The notes below the pieces were generated by a model, which was not told where the DNA came from, did no database searches, and saw only the letters and a list, made by a program, of their open reading frames with translations. Both the position numbers and the translations under genes were made by a program. Positions 31,605 through 40,446 of a stretch of 64,000 nucleotides of DNA are shown one piece after another. The stretch's first letter is position 1. Every line of letters starts with the position of its first letter. This stretch comes from Mycobacteriales bacterium (lineage in GTDB: Bacteria > Actinomycetota > Actinomycetes > JAFAQI01), in NCBI GenBank assembly GCA_035690365.1, contig DASSKP010000078.1, positions 54,337 through 118,336 of the forward strand, written 5' to 3'.

Positions 31605-32747
31605 ATGAAGCCCACCATCCGACTCGGCCGGGTTCGCGGCGTACCGCTCGGTGCGCACTGGTCGGTTGTGGTGATCCTTGCGCTGGTCGCCGACATGCTC
31701 GCGACGTCGATCCTGCCGGCGTCGGTGAAGGGCGCGTCGACGACGGCGTACTGGACCGTGGGGGTGCTGGTCGCGCTGGCGTTCCTCCTGTCGTTGGTCG
31801 CGCACGAGGCGGCGCACGCGATCGTCGCCCGGCGGTCCGGGATGAAGGTGAACAGCATCACGCTGTGGATGCTCGGTGGCGTCACGGCTCTGGAGGGCGA
31901 GCCGCCCGACGCTCGGTCGGACCTGCGAATCGCGATCGTCGGTCCGGCCGTGAGCATCGTCTGTGGTGTGCTCAGCGCCGCCGCAGCCGTCCTGCTGGAC
32001 GTGTCCCGCGCGCCGGCAGTCTTCGCGGCCGGCTTCGTCTGGCTCGCGGTCACCAACGTGGTGCTCGCCGTCTTCAACCTGTTGCCCGGAGCGCCGTTGG
32101 ATGGCGGCCGAGTGGTGCGCGCTCTGATCTGGCGACGTACGGGCGACCGCGACCGGGCGGAGCTGTCGGCTACCCGCGGCGGGCGCGCGACCGGCATCGT
32201 GCTGATCTGGTTGGGCATCGCCGAGGCCATCGCGACGGCCAACATCCTCAGCGGTCTGTGGCTGATGCTGCTCGGCTGGTTCCTGTTCTCCGCTGCGTCC
32301 GCTGAGTGGCAGGCCACGGTGAGCGGTCACGCCCTCGGTGGTCTGACCGTCGGTGACGTGATGCAGACGTCGTTCACCTACATACCTGGTTACCAGGCGG
32401 TCGGACCGGCTGCGCGTCGCGCCGTCGATGCGGAGGACGACTACTTCCCCGTCTGCGACTTCGAGGGGCGACTCGTCGCGATCGTCGGGACCGACCGGCT
32501 GGTCCAGGCGGTCGAGGAGCACCGGCTCGGCATGACCGTGCTCGACGTGGCGGTCGCGCTCCGCCCGAACATGGTCGCCGCCGCGGACGAGCTCCTGGTC
32601 GCTGCGCTGCGCCGCGCCGGCTCGCAAGGGCTCCTCGCCGTCCTGGACGGCGAGCAGCTCATCGGGATGGTGACGCCTGCGGTCGTCCGGCGTGCGCTGC
32701 GTCGCGGGCTCGTCGGTGCCGGGTCTCCGGCCCTCGTTTCGCAGTGA
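31605..32747 (+). CDS. Site-2 protease (M50) family protein with CBS pair
   Basis: It has an HExxH motif in a TM segment (HEAAHAIVARR) and an LDG motif (LLPGAPLDGGRV). The C-terminus carries tandem CBS domains. Confidence 0.85.
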   Translation: MKPTIRLGRVRGVPLGAHWSVVVILALVADMLATSILPASVKGASTTAYWTVGVLVALAFLLSLVAHEAAHAIVARRSGMKVNSITLWMLGGVTALEGEPPDARSDLRIAIVGPAVSIVCGVLSAAAAVLLDVSRAPAVFAAGFVWLAVTNVVLAVFNLLPGAPLDGGRVVRALIWRRTGDRDRAELSATRGGRATGIVLIWLGIAEAIATANILSGLWLMLLGWFLFSAASAEWQATVSGHALGGLTVGDVMQTSFTYIPGYQAVGPAARRAVDAEDDYFPVCDFEGRLVAIVGTDRLVQAVEEHRLGMTVLDVAVALRPNMVAAADELLVAALRRAGSQGLLAVLDGEQLIGMVTPAVVRRALRRGLVGAGSPALVSQ

Positions 32748-32809
32748 CCTGAGCGGCCGCGGCCACAACGACGAGTAGCCCGCGGCCCTCGACGGTAGGG
32801 TGCGGCGTC

Positions 32810-33355
32810 GTGACATCGGCAGAGGAGAGCCGCCGCTCCCACCATGAGCTGCCGATCGACCCCGATGTCGACGTTGCGGAAGACGCGCGACATCACCATG
32901 GCGCGGCGCCCGACATCGCGCCGCGGTCTGCGTGGCCCCGCTTCCGGGCGCCGGTCGTCGCGACCGTCTTCGTCGGTGGGTGCGTCGGGGGTCTCGCTCG
33001 TTATGCCGTCACCGAACACTGGTCGACGCCCGACACGCGCTTTCCCTGGCCGACGTTCACGGTCAACGTCGTCGGCGCCCTGATCCTGGCGATGCTTGTC
33101 GTCATCGTGAGCGATGTCCTGCGGGACTCGATCTACGCCCGGCCACTCATCGGCACCGGCTTCTGCGGAGCGCTGACGACGTTCTCGTCGGTGGTCGTCG
33201 TCGTCGACCGGCTCATCGCCCACGACCACCTCGGCCTGGGCGTCACCTATCTCGTCGTGAGCATCGTCGCCGGCCTGGCCGCAGGCGCGCTCGGCCTCGC
33301 CCTCGGACGCGCGTACGCCGCCGCGCGCCGGCCGGGCGACGGGGCAGCGGTCTGA
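32810..33355 (+). CDS. crcB: Fluoride exporter CrcB/FluC (subunit 1, with His-rich N-terminal extension)
   Basis: The core is a CrcB fold (GGCVGGLARY...GFCGALTTFSS). It has a roughly 55-aa Asp/His-rich N-terminal extension. No alternative in-frame start was found. Confidence 0.75.
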   Translation: MTSAEESRRSHHELPIDPDVDVAEDARHHHGAAPDIAPRSAWPRFRAPVVATVFVGGCVGGLARYAVTEHWSTPDTRFPWPTFTVNVVGALILAMLVVIVSDVLRDSIYARPLIGTGFCGALTTFSSVVVVVDRLIAHDHLGLGVTYLVVSIVAGLAAGALGLALGRAYAAARRPGDGAAV

Positions 33356-33720
33356 TGGTGACGCTCGCGGTGGCGCTCGCCGCAGGCATCGGCGCTGTCG
33401 CCCGTTACGTGTTCGACCAGATCGTCGAGCACAAGACCTCGGGCACCTTCCCGTTGGGAACGCTGCTGGTGAACGTCACCGGCTCGCTGCTGCTCGGTGT
33501 CGTCGTAGGACTCGGCCTTCATCACGGTCTGCCGACGACGCCCAGCGTCGTGGTCGGGGTCGGCTTCGCCGGCGGCTACACGACCTTCTCGACGTGGGCG
33601 TGGGAGTCGATCGCCCTGCACGAGGACGGCGCGCCGGGCCAGGCGATCGTCAACGCTCTGGGCAGCTTCGCGACGGGGCTGGTCGCCGCGGCCGCGGGCC
33701 TCGGACTCGCGCTGCTCTAG
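33355..33720 (+). CDS. crcB: Fluoride exporter CrcB/FluC (subunit 2)
   Basis: Its ATG overlaps the upstream stop (TGATG). The CrcB motifs are GTLLVNVTGSLLLG and GFAGGYTTFSTW. Confidence 0.8.
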   Translation: MVTLAVALAAGIGAVARYVFDQIVEHKTSGTFPLGTLLVNVTGSLLLGVVVGLGLHHGLPTTPSVVVGVGFAGGYTTFSTWAWESIALHEDGAPGQAIVNALGSFATGLVAAAAGLGLALL

Positions 33721-33735
33721 CCGCAGGACCACGAT

Positions 33736-34605
33736 GTGCAGATGACCACGTTCTCGACCCTGTCCTACGACGTCCGCGACGCCAAGGCCTACATCACCCT
33801 CAACCGGCCCGAGCGGCTCAACGCCATCAACGACGAGATGCCCGCAGAGATCCGGTCGGCCGTCGAGGACGCCAACGCCGATGACAGCGTCCGGGTCATC
33901 GTCGTGCAGGGTGCGGGCCGCGCCTTCTGCGCCGGCTACGACCTGAAGCAGTATGCCGAGGGCGACGCCGGCAACCGGTGGAACCAGGGTCCGGTCTGGG
34001 ACCCGGTGCGCGACTACCGCGAGATGCGGCGCAACACCGACGACTTCTTCACGTTGTGGCGTTCGCTGAAGCCGACGATCGCGAAGGTGCACGGGCATGC
34101 CGTCGCCGGCGGCAGCGACATCGCTCTGTCCTGCGACTTGCTCGTCATCGCCGACGACGCCCGGATCGGCTACCCGCCGGCGCGGGTCTGGGGCTGCCCG
34201 ACCACCGCGATGTGGGTCTACCGGATCGGCGCCGAACGCGCGAAGCGCATGCTGCTCACCGGCGACACGATCGACGGCGCGACGGCAGCCGCGTGGGGGC
34301 TCGCCGTCGAGTCAGCGCCTGCGGACCAGCTCGACGCGGCCGTCGAGCGTCTCGCTGACCGCATCGCCGGTGTGCCGACCAACCAGCTCGTCATGCAGAA
34401 GCTGATGATCAACCAGGCCTACGACAACATGGGCCTGCAGGGCACGCAGCTGCTCGCGACGCTCTTCGACGGCATCACGCGGCACAGCCCCGAGGGGCGA
34501 TGGTTCCGCGAGTTCGCCGAGCGCGACGGCTTTCACGCCGCTGTCGCCTACCGTGACTCCGGGCAGCGGATTCCTGACGGCGGCGGCCCGCTCCCGGCGG
34601 AGTGA
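33736..34605 (+). CDS. Enoyl-CoA hydratase/isomerase family protein
   Basis: It has a crotonase fold ([17 protein letters not shown]...[12 protein letters not shown]). Confidence 0.8.
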   Translation: MQMTTFSTLSYDVRDAKAYITLNRPERLNAINDEMPAEIRSAVEDANADDSVRVIVVQGAGRAFCAGYDLKQYAEGDAGNRWNQGPVWDPVRDYREMRRNTDDFFTLWRSLKPTIAKVHGHAVAGGSDIALSCDLLVIADDARIGYPPARVWGCPTTAMWVYRIGAERAKRMLLTGDTIDGATAAAWGLAVESAPADQLDAAVERLADRIAGVPTNQLVMQKLMINQAYDNMGLQGTQLLATLFDGITRHSPEGRWFREFAERDGFHAAVAYRDSGQRIPDGGGPLPAE

Positions 34606-34611
34606 GCCGGG

Positions 34612-34992
34612 TCAGTCGACGGGGAGCTCGGCCCAGACCCGCTTGCCGTCGGGGACCGGTGTCGTGCCCCAGCCGGCGGCAAGCTCCTCGACGAGAACCA
34701 GGCCGCGACCGTTGTCGGCGAGGACGTCCGGCGCATCGTGCTCGGGCCGCTCCGGCGAAGGGTCCTGCACCTGGACCACGATCCGGTCGAGCCGGCGGCC
34801 GATCGACAGGGTGACCGCACCCCGGCTGTGCCGGATCGCGTTGGTCACCAGCTCGTCGACGACGAGCTCAACGTCGGCGGCCTGGTCCTCGAGACCCCAG
34901 CGGCTCAGGCACTCACGGGCGAAATGGCGCGCTTCGGCGACCGAACTGCCGTCCGGCTCCAGGCGAATCAACTGCGGCAGCGCAGCGGGCAT
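34612..34992 (-). CDS. HATPase_c anti-sigma-factor-like protein (RsbW-like)
   Basis: The 126-aa protein has GHKL motifs (ELVTNAIRHS, DNGRGL). Confidence 0.7.
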   Translation of the reverse strand: MPAALPQLIRLEPDGSSVAEARHFARECLSRWGLEDQAADVELVVDELVTNAIRHSRGAVTLSIGRRLDRIVVQVQDPSPERPEHDAPDVLADNGRGLVLVEELAAGWGTTPVPDGKRVWAELPVD

Positions 34993-35091
34993 GCGTCACC
35001 TCTCCACCTGACAGTGCAACACCGGCGGGGTCCCGTCAATGACCGTTGCTGACAAAGGACCTCGAGTGAGGTGTGCCCACAAGTCCTGCGG

Positions 35092-36657
35092 TCAGTCCGC
35101 GGAGCGTGCTTCGTCAAGGTCGAGCAGGCGCTGCACGTGCCGGCGCACCGGCTCGGAGATCCGGCCGGTGTCCACGAGCTCGTGCAGCCGGGCGCTCTGC
35201 ACGGCGATCAGCTCGCGGCGGAGCGTGCGCATCTCCTCCCGGGTCGCCTGCGGGCTTCCGCTGACGTCGGCGGCGGACAGCAGCTCCGCCGCCCGGTCGA
35301 GCCGGTCCGCGAACTCGCGCCGCAGCCAGTCGACGGCTGCCGGCGACGCCTCCTCGCGCTCCCGCAGCTCGTCGAGGCGGCTCATGGCAGCCGCGAGTGC
35401 GGCGTGCCGCGCGAGCGCTTGCTCGCGGCTTCGCACGGCCGGGTCGTCGACGACTCCGGTGCGCGAGACGACGGGACCGAGGGTGAGACCTTGGACGACG
35501 AGAGTCAGCGCGGTGCAGGTGGTCGCGAGCACCAGCAGCAGAGCACGGTGCGGGAACGCTGCACCCGCGTGAGCGGTGAGCGGGATCGACAGCGCCGCGG
35601 CCAGCGGGACCACGCCGCGGGTGCCTGCCCAGGACGAGACGGCCACGACGCGCGGGCGCGGCTGCTCGAGCGTCACCCCGGGCAGATAGGTCACCGCCCA
35701 CACCCAGGCGACGCGGACGACCAGCATCGTCGCCGTGACCGCGAGCGCGACGAGGACGAACTCGCGCTCGCTCGATGTGAGGTGACGGACGAGTGTCGGC
35801 AGCTGCAGTCCGATCACAGCGAAGACCGCGCTCTCCAGCAGGAAGACGACGACGCCGTAGAGATGCGCGATCTGCAACCGCGCGGGGCCCCGCGACATCT
35901 GGAAGCGGCGTCGACCGAGATAGAGACCGCCGAAGACGACTGCCGTCACGCCGGACGTGTGCGCGAGCTCGGCGGCGACGAAGACGGCGTACGGCGTCAA
36001 CAGAGAGATGACGGCTGCGACGACGGTGTCGTCGGTGCGTTGATGCAGCTGCCGGACGATGAACCCGCACGCGATGCCGATCGCTGCGCCGCCGCCGCCG
36101 AGCGCGAGGAAGCGCAGCGGGAACTCGACCGGACCGGCCAGGTGACCCGCGACGACACCGCTGACCACGACGCGGAAGAGCAGCAACGAGGTGGCGTCGT
36201 TGAGAAGGCTCTCGCCCTGGACCAGTGCGAGCAGCCGCGGCGGCAGCTGCAACCGCCGGGCGAGCGCACTCACCGCAACCGGGTCGGTGCTGGCGAGGAC
36301 GGCGCCGAGCACGAGCGCGACCTGCAGGCTGACCGACGGCGTGATCGCGTGCACGACGAGCGCGACCGCGACCGCGGTCGCAGCGACCAGGCCGAGGGCG
36401 AGGACGAGCACGGGCCGCAACACCGCGCGCAGGTCGGTGATGACGACGTCGACGGCTGCTGCGTAGAGAAGTGGGGGAAGGACCACAAGGCTCACGAGGT
36501 CAGGCGCGATGTGAACGTCCGGCACTCCGGGGAGCAGCCCGACAGCAAGACCGGCGAGGACCAGCAACGACGGCGCGGGCAGGCGAAGCCGGTCGGCGAA
36601 CACTGCGACGAGCGTCGCGAGTACGAGCAGGGCCAGCACGATCTCGGCCGTGTGCAC
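35092..36657 (-). CDS. Na+/H+ antiporter (CPA1/NhaP-type) with C-terminal cytoplasmic regulatory domain
   Basis: The 521-aa protein has about 12 TMs and a charged coiled C-terminus. Confidence 0.85.
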   Translation of the reverse strand: MHTAEIVLALLVLATLVAVFADRLRLPAPSLLVLAGLAVGLLPGVPDVHIAPDLVSLVVLPPLLYAAAVDVVITDLRAVLRPVLVLALGLVAATAVAVALVVHAITPSVSLQVALVLGAVLASTDPVAVSALARRLQLPPRLLALVQGESLLNDATSLLLFRVVVSGVVAGHLAGPVEFPLRFLALGGGGAAIGIACGFIVRQLHQRTDDTVVAAVISLLTPYAVFVAAELAHTSGVTAVVFGGLYLGRRRFQMSRGPARLQIAHLYGVVVFLLESAVFAVIGLQLPTLVRHLTSSEREFVLVALAVTATMLVVRVAWVWAVTYLPGVTLEQPRPRVVAVSSWAGTRGVVPLAAALSIPLTAHAGAAFPHRALLLVLATTCTALTLVVQGLTLGPVVSRTGVVDDPAVRSREQALARHAALAAAMSRLDELREREEASPAAVDWLRREFADRLDRAAELLSAADVSGSPQATREEMRTLRRELIAVQSARLHELVDTGRISEPVRRHVQRLLDLDEARSAD

Positions 36658-36872
36658 CGGTCACCTCGTCTCGGGGGGCGTCGTCATGCGATCGCCGACC
36701 AGACTTCCCGGCACACCTGTGTCGAGGTTAGGCCATCGCGCCGCAAACCGCCGGGATGGGCGGCATCACCGGTTGCTGGCCCGAAAGCACGGCACGAATC
36801 CGGCGGTCCTGTCGCCTACGACTGGTCGCTCGTCACCCGATCTAACTATTCTGGGCCGAACCACTGGCATCG

Positions 36873-37160
36873 TTGCGATCGACAGTGCACCGTTCGGTCA
36901 TGACCACAGGTGAGGGACCGCAGTCGCGGGCTCGCTCTGCGCCCACCGCGCAATGCCGGCTGTGCTCGGCGGTGGCGTCCATCGACGCCCCGACGACCGA
37001 CCAGCTGCGGATCAGCCTTCGCAGGTTCATGGCGGACCACCGGCACGACGGGCTCGCCGACATCGTCATCGACATCAGTGACGACGCCGATCCGGCCGAG
37101 GACGCCGACGACGAATCTGACGTCGTCCTCAGCTCGGGCGCGGCGGTCAGCGGGAGCTGA
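36873..37160 (+). CDS. Hypothetical acidic protein (possible STAS-like)
   Basis: It is a weak ORF with an acidic C-terminus. It is included only because two HATPase anti-sigma-like genes are nearby. Confidence 0.25.
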   Translation: MRSTVHRSVMTTGEGPQSRARSAPTAQCRLCSAVASIDAPTTDQLRISLRRFMADHRHDGLADIVIDISDDADPAEDADDESDVVLSSGAAVSGS

Positions 37161-38268
37161 CCGGCCCCAGCACCTGTTCGGCGATGAGTTCTTCCAGGTG
37201 ACGGTCGTCCCAGTAGTTGAGCTGCCATGACTTCGCGCGGCGGAAGTAGAGCTGGACGTCGAAGTCGAGGGTGAAGCCGTTGCCGCCGAAGACCTGCTGC
37301 GCCATCGCCGTGACGTCGCGGAAGGTCTTGCCGGCGTACAGCTTCGCCATCGGAGCGAGCCGCTCCACCGGCCGGTCCTCGGCTCGCGCCCACGCGGCCT
37401 CCCAGACGAGTGTCTGAGTGCCGTCGACTGCGGCGGTCGCGTCGGCGAGGTAGTGGGCAATCGCCTGGAACGCGCCGAGCGGCCGGTCGAACTGCTCTCG
37501 TTTCTGCGCGTAGTCGACGGTGAGCTCGAGAGCGGCGCGAGCGCCTCCGACTGCTTGTGCGGCGAGCAGGATCGCGCCGTCGAGCATCGTCTCCTGCCAG
37601 CACTCCCAGCTGTCGGCTGTGCCGAGCACTCCTTCGGCCGGCACCGTCACTCCGTCGAACGTCACGTGGAACTGCGTGTCGGACGCGACCGTCAACTGCT
37701 GCTCCAGCGTCAGTCCCGGCGCACCGGCATCGACGAGGACGAGTACGACGCCCTCGGGTGAGCGGGCGAGGACCAGCAACGCATCGGCCGCGCGGGCGAA
37801 CGACACGTGCTGCTTCACGCCGTCGAGGACGTAGCCGCCGCCGGCCGGCGTCGCGGTGACCTGGACGCCTTCCGGGCCGAAGCCGCCGCCCGGCTCGAGC
37901 CAGGCAACCGTGAGCACCGCCTCACCGGTCGCGATGCGTGGCAGCCAGCTCTGCTTCTGGGCGTCGCTGCCGGCGCGCCGCAACGCGCCGGCGGCGAGCA
38001 CGCAGGAGACGAAGTGCGGGCTCGGAGCAAGCGATCGGCCGAGCTCTTCGTAGACGATCGCGGCGTCGAGCATCGTCATGCCGCTGCCGCCGAACTCCTC
38101 CGGCAACGTCAGGCCGAGAAGGCCGAGCTCGGCGAGCGCGGTCCAGAACGCGGGGGAGTAGCCGACCGCGTCGTTCTCGAGCTTGCGCACCATGTCGAGG
38201 CCGCCGTGCCGCGTGCACGTGCGGCGGACCGAGTCGCGGAGCAGCTCCTGCTCGGGCGTGAAGTCCAT
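37147..38268 (-). CDS. Acyl-CoA dehydrogenase
   Basis: The in-frame ATG (MDFTPEQELLRD) lies inside the longer track ORF. It has the ACAD N/M/C domain pattern and is 373 aa. Confidence 0.85.
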   Translation of the reverse strand: MDFTPEQELLRDSVRRTCTRHGGLDMVRKLENDAVGYSPAFWTALAELGLLGLTLPEEFGGSGMTMLDAAIVYEELGRSLAPSPHFVSCVLAAGALRRAGSDAQKQSWLPRIATGEAVLTVAWLEPGGGFGPEGVQVTATPAGGGYVLDGVKQHVSFARAADALLVLARSPEGVVLVLVDAGAPGLTLEQQLTVASDTQFHVTFDGVTVPAEGVLGTADSWECWQETMLDGAILLAAQAVGGARAALELTVDYAQKREQFDRPLGAFQAIAHYLADATAAVDGTQTLVWEAAWARAEDRPVERLAPMAKLYAGKTFRDVTAMAQQVFGGNGFTLDFDVQLYFRRAKSWQLNYWDDRHLEELIAEQVLGPVSSR

Positions 38269-38291
38269 GTCCACGGAAAGGTGCTCCTCGC

Positions 38292-38777
38292 TCAGCTCTG
38301 CTCGGGTTGCCAGGACTCGCCTCGGCGGGTCCAGGGGTTGTCGTCGGCCGTCGTGGGGATCGCGACGCGTGCGGTGCAGGTCGTCGCCAGCCGGTCGTCG
38401 GCGTGCATCGTCACGTCGAGGGACACCCAGCCGCAGCCGGTGTCGTCGACATCGACGCCGGTCACCGTGCCGCGCAACGTCATCGTGTCGCCGGGGAACA
38501 CGGAGTCCTTCATCCGGAAACCGACCTTGCCGAGCCGGCCGCGGGGACCGGTCCAGTCGGTGATGTAGCGCTCGAACCACGCCGCCTGGTTGGGCGCGTT
38601 CATGAAGATGTCGCGCACGCCGTTGCGCTCGGTGGCGAAGTGGTAGTCGTGGTGCTGCGGTCGCCAGTCGCGCGTCGCCAGCGCGCCGACGACGACCGTG
38701 GTCGCCGTGACGTCGTAGTCGAGCTGCGGCAGCTGGTCGCCGACCTTGACGTTGTCGACGGTCAACGGAGTGGTCAT
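38292..38777 (-). CDS. MaoC-family (R)-specific enoyl-CoA hydratase, hotdog fold
   Basis: The start MTTPLTVDNVKVGDQLP lies inside the longer track ORF. The product is 161 aa. Confidence 0.8.
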   Translation of the reverse strand: MTTPLTVDNVKVGDQLPQLDYDVTATTVVVGALATRDWRPQHHDYHFATERNGVRDIFMNAPNQAAWFERYITDWTGPRGRLGKVGFRMKDSVFPGDTMTLRGTVTGVDVDDTGCGWVSLDVTMHADDRLATTCTARVAIPTTADDNPWTRRGESWQPEQS

Positions 38778-39286
38778 GCCGTCCTCCGGTAGCCGAAACC
38801 TGTCCAGGACTCGACGCCGACGAGCTCGCCGCGGTCGTTGCGGTACTCCACGTCGATGACCCAGAAGCGTCCGGTGCCGAGCTTGGTCTGCTTCTCCGGG
38901 CTCACCGAGCGCAGCCGCTGGCAGGTCGAGATGGTGTCGCCGGGGCGCACCGGCTCGTAGAAGGTGATGGTGTTGTCGGTCATCACCGCCTCCGGCAGTC
39001 CGAGCTGTTCCTTGAGGTCGAAGTGCACCTGCAGCGGAAGCCGCTGCACCTCGCGCCCCGGGGCCCAGTGGTGCGGGCGGAACCACGTCGACAGCATCGA
39101 CGGGGGAGCGATCGGCCCTCCGGTCAGCTCGGCGGCAACCTTGTCGTCCCAGAAAAGCGGGTTGCCGTTCTCGACCGACGCGGCCGACGTCCAGATGTAG
39201 CCGCGCTCGACGGGGAACTCGCCCGCCTCTTCGTACTGCATCTGGTCGATGAGTGCCGCGACCTCGGTCGGCAGCTCCTCACTCAT
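38774..39286 (-). CDS. MaoC-like N-terminal hotdog-domain protein (ChsH2-like partner subunit)
   Basis: The start is MSEELPTEVAALIDQ. It is translationally coupled to the neighbouring genes on both sides. Confidence 0.75.
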   Translation of the reverse strand: MSEELPTEVAALIDQMQYEEAGEFPVERGYIWTSAASVENGNPLFWDDKVAAELTGGPIAPPSMLSTWFRPHHWAPGREVQRLPLQVHFDLKEQLGLPEAVMTDNTITFYEPVRPGDTISTCQRLRSVSPEKQTKLGTGRFWVIDVEYRNDRGELVGVESWTGFGYRRTA

Positions 39287-40446
39287 GCGATCACCCCGTC
39301 GGTTCGAAGCTGTGCGATCTCGTCGGCTGTGAAGCCGGCGTCGGTCAGGACCGAGTCGGTGTCGGTGCGGCTGCGGTCCGGCAGGTCGTACGACGTCCTG
39401 CGACTCGCCCCGGCCAGCAGAGGAGCGAGCTGTCGGAACGACTTTTCGCCGGTCGGCGGTTGCGCGGTCGCGACTGCGTCGCGGTCGGTGAACTGTGCGG
39501 CCGACGATGCCTCGGCGGGTGACAGCACGGGGGCGACGCAGGTGTCGGATGCCGCGAGCTCCGCGACCCACTCGTCGCGAGTGCGCGTCGCGAAGCACTT
39601 CGCGAGCTCTGCCCGGACGTCTTCCTGCGCGTCGGCGTCGTACTGCTTGCCGGTCAGCTGCTCGAGCCCGAGCAGCCGGCAGAGGTTGCCCCAGAAGCGC
39701 GGTTCGATCGCCGCGACCGACAGCCACTCGCCGTCGGCGGCGACGTAGGTGTCGTAGCAGGCGTAACGGCCCCCGAGCGGAGCCGTGCCCGGCCCGGGCT
39801 CGCGTCCGGTCGCGAGGTGCTCGTCGACCTGCAGCGCCATCAACGACAGCATGCCGTCGGCGACCGAGACGTCGACGTAGGTCCCGTCACCGGTGTGCTC
39901 GCGCGCGACGAGCGCCGCCAGGATGGCCGTGACGGCATGCAAGCCGCCGCCGGCGCTGTCGGCGACGGTCGCACCGGGCACGGGCGGCTTGCCGCCCTCG
40001 CCTCGCTCGGAGTTGTGCAGGTAACCGGACACGGCGAGGTAGTTGAGGTCGTGACCCGCCCACTGCGACCACGGGCCGGTCTGGCCGTAGCCGCTCGTCG
40101 AGCAGTAGACGATGCGTGGGTTGCGGCTCTTCACGTCGTCGTAGCCGATGCCGAGGCGGGCGACGACGCCGGGACGGAAGCTCTCGAGCACGACGTCGGC
40201 GTGCTCGGTGAGGCGAAGGAACGTCTCGCGGCCGCCGTCGCTCTTGAGATCGAGCTGGATGCGCTGCGTGCCCCGGCCGCCGCTGTAGGCGTGGGCCGGC
40301 GGGGTGAGCTGGGCGCCGGCGTCCTTGGCGAGCGGCGCGACCTTGACGACGCAGGCGCCGTAGTCGGCAAGCCATGCCGCGGCGCGCGCCGAAGGACCGA
40401 CGCTCGACAGGTCGAGCACGGTCGTCTTCGCGAGCGGACCCGGCAT
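39283..40446 (-). CDS. CaiB/BaiF family III CoA-transferase
   Basis: The start is MPGPLAKTTVLDLSSVGPSA. It has family III CoA-transferase motifs and is 388 aa. It corresponds to the C-terminal half of the fused 797-aa track ORF. Confidence 0.85.
   Translation of the reverse strand: MPGPLAKTTVLDLSSVGPSARAAAWLADYGACVVKVAPLAKDAGAQLTPPAHAYSGGRGTQRIQLDLKSDGGRETFLRLTEHADVVLESFRPGVVARLGIGYDDVKSRNPRIVYCSTSGYGQTGPWSQWAGHDLNYLAVSGYLHNSERGEGGKPPVPGATVADSAGGGLHAVTAILAALVAREHTGDGTYVDVSVADGMLSLMALQVDEHLATGREPGPGTAPLGGRYACYDTYVAADGEWLSVAAIEPRFWGNLCRLLGLEQLTGKQYDADAQEDVRAELAKCFATRTRDEWVAELAASDTCVAPVLSPAEASSAAQFTDRDAVATAQPPTGEKSFRQLAPLLAGASRRTSYDLPDRSRTDTDSVLTDAGFTADEIAQLRTDGVIA

Noticed and set aside
32932-33720. 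A 262-aa ORF spanning both crcB genes.
   Set aside because: It is in the wrong frame. The two CrcB proteins in the other frame have the canonical motifs.
35071-36903. A 610-aa plus-strand ORF, with similar long Arg-rich ORFs at 35114-36070.
   Set aside because: They are antisense to the Na+/H+ antiporter. They have an Arg/Asp/Glu-rich nonsense composition.
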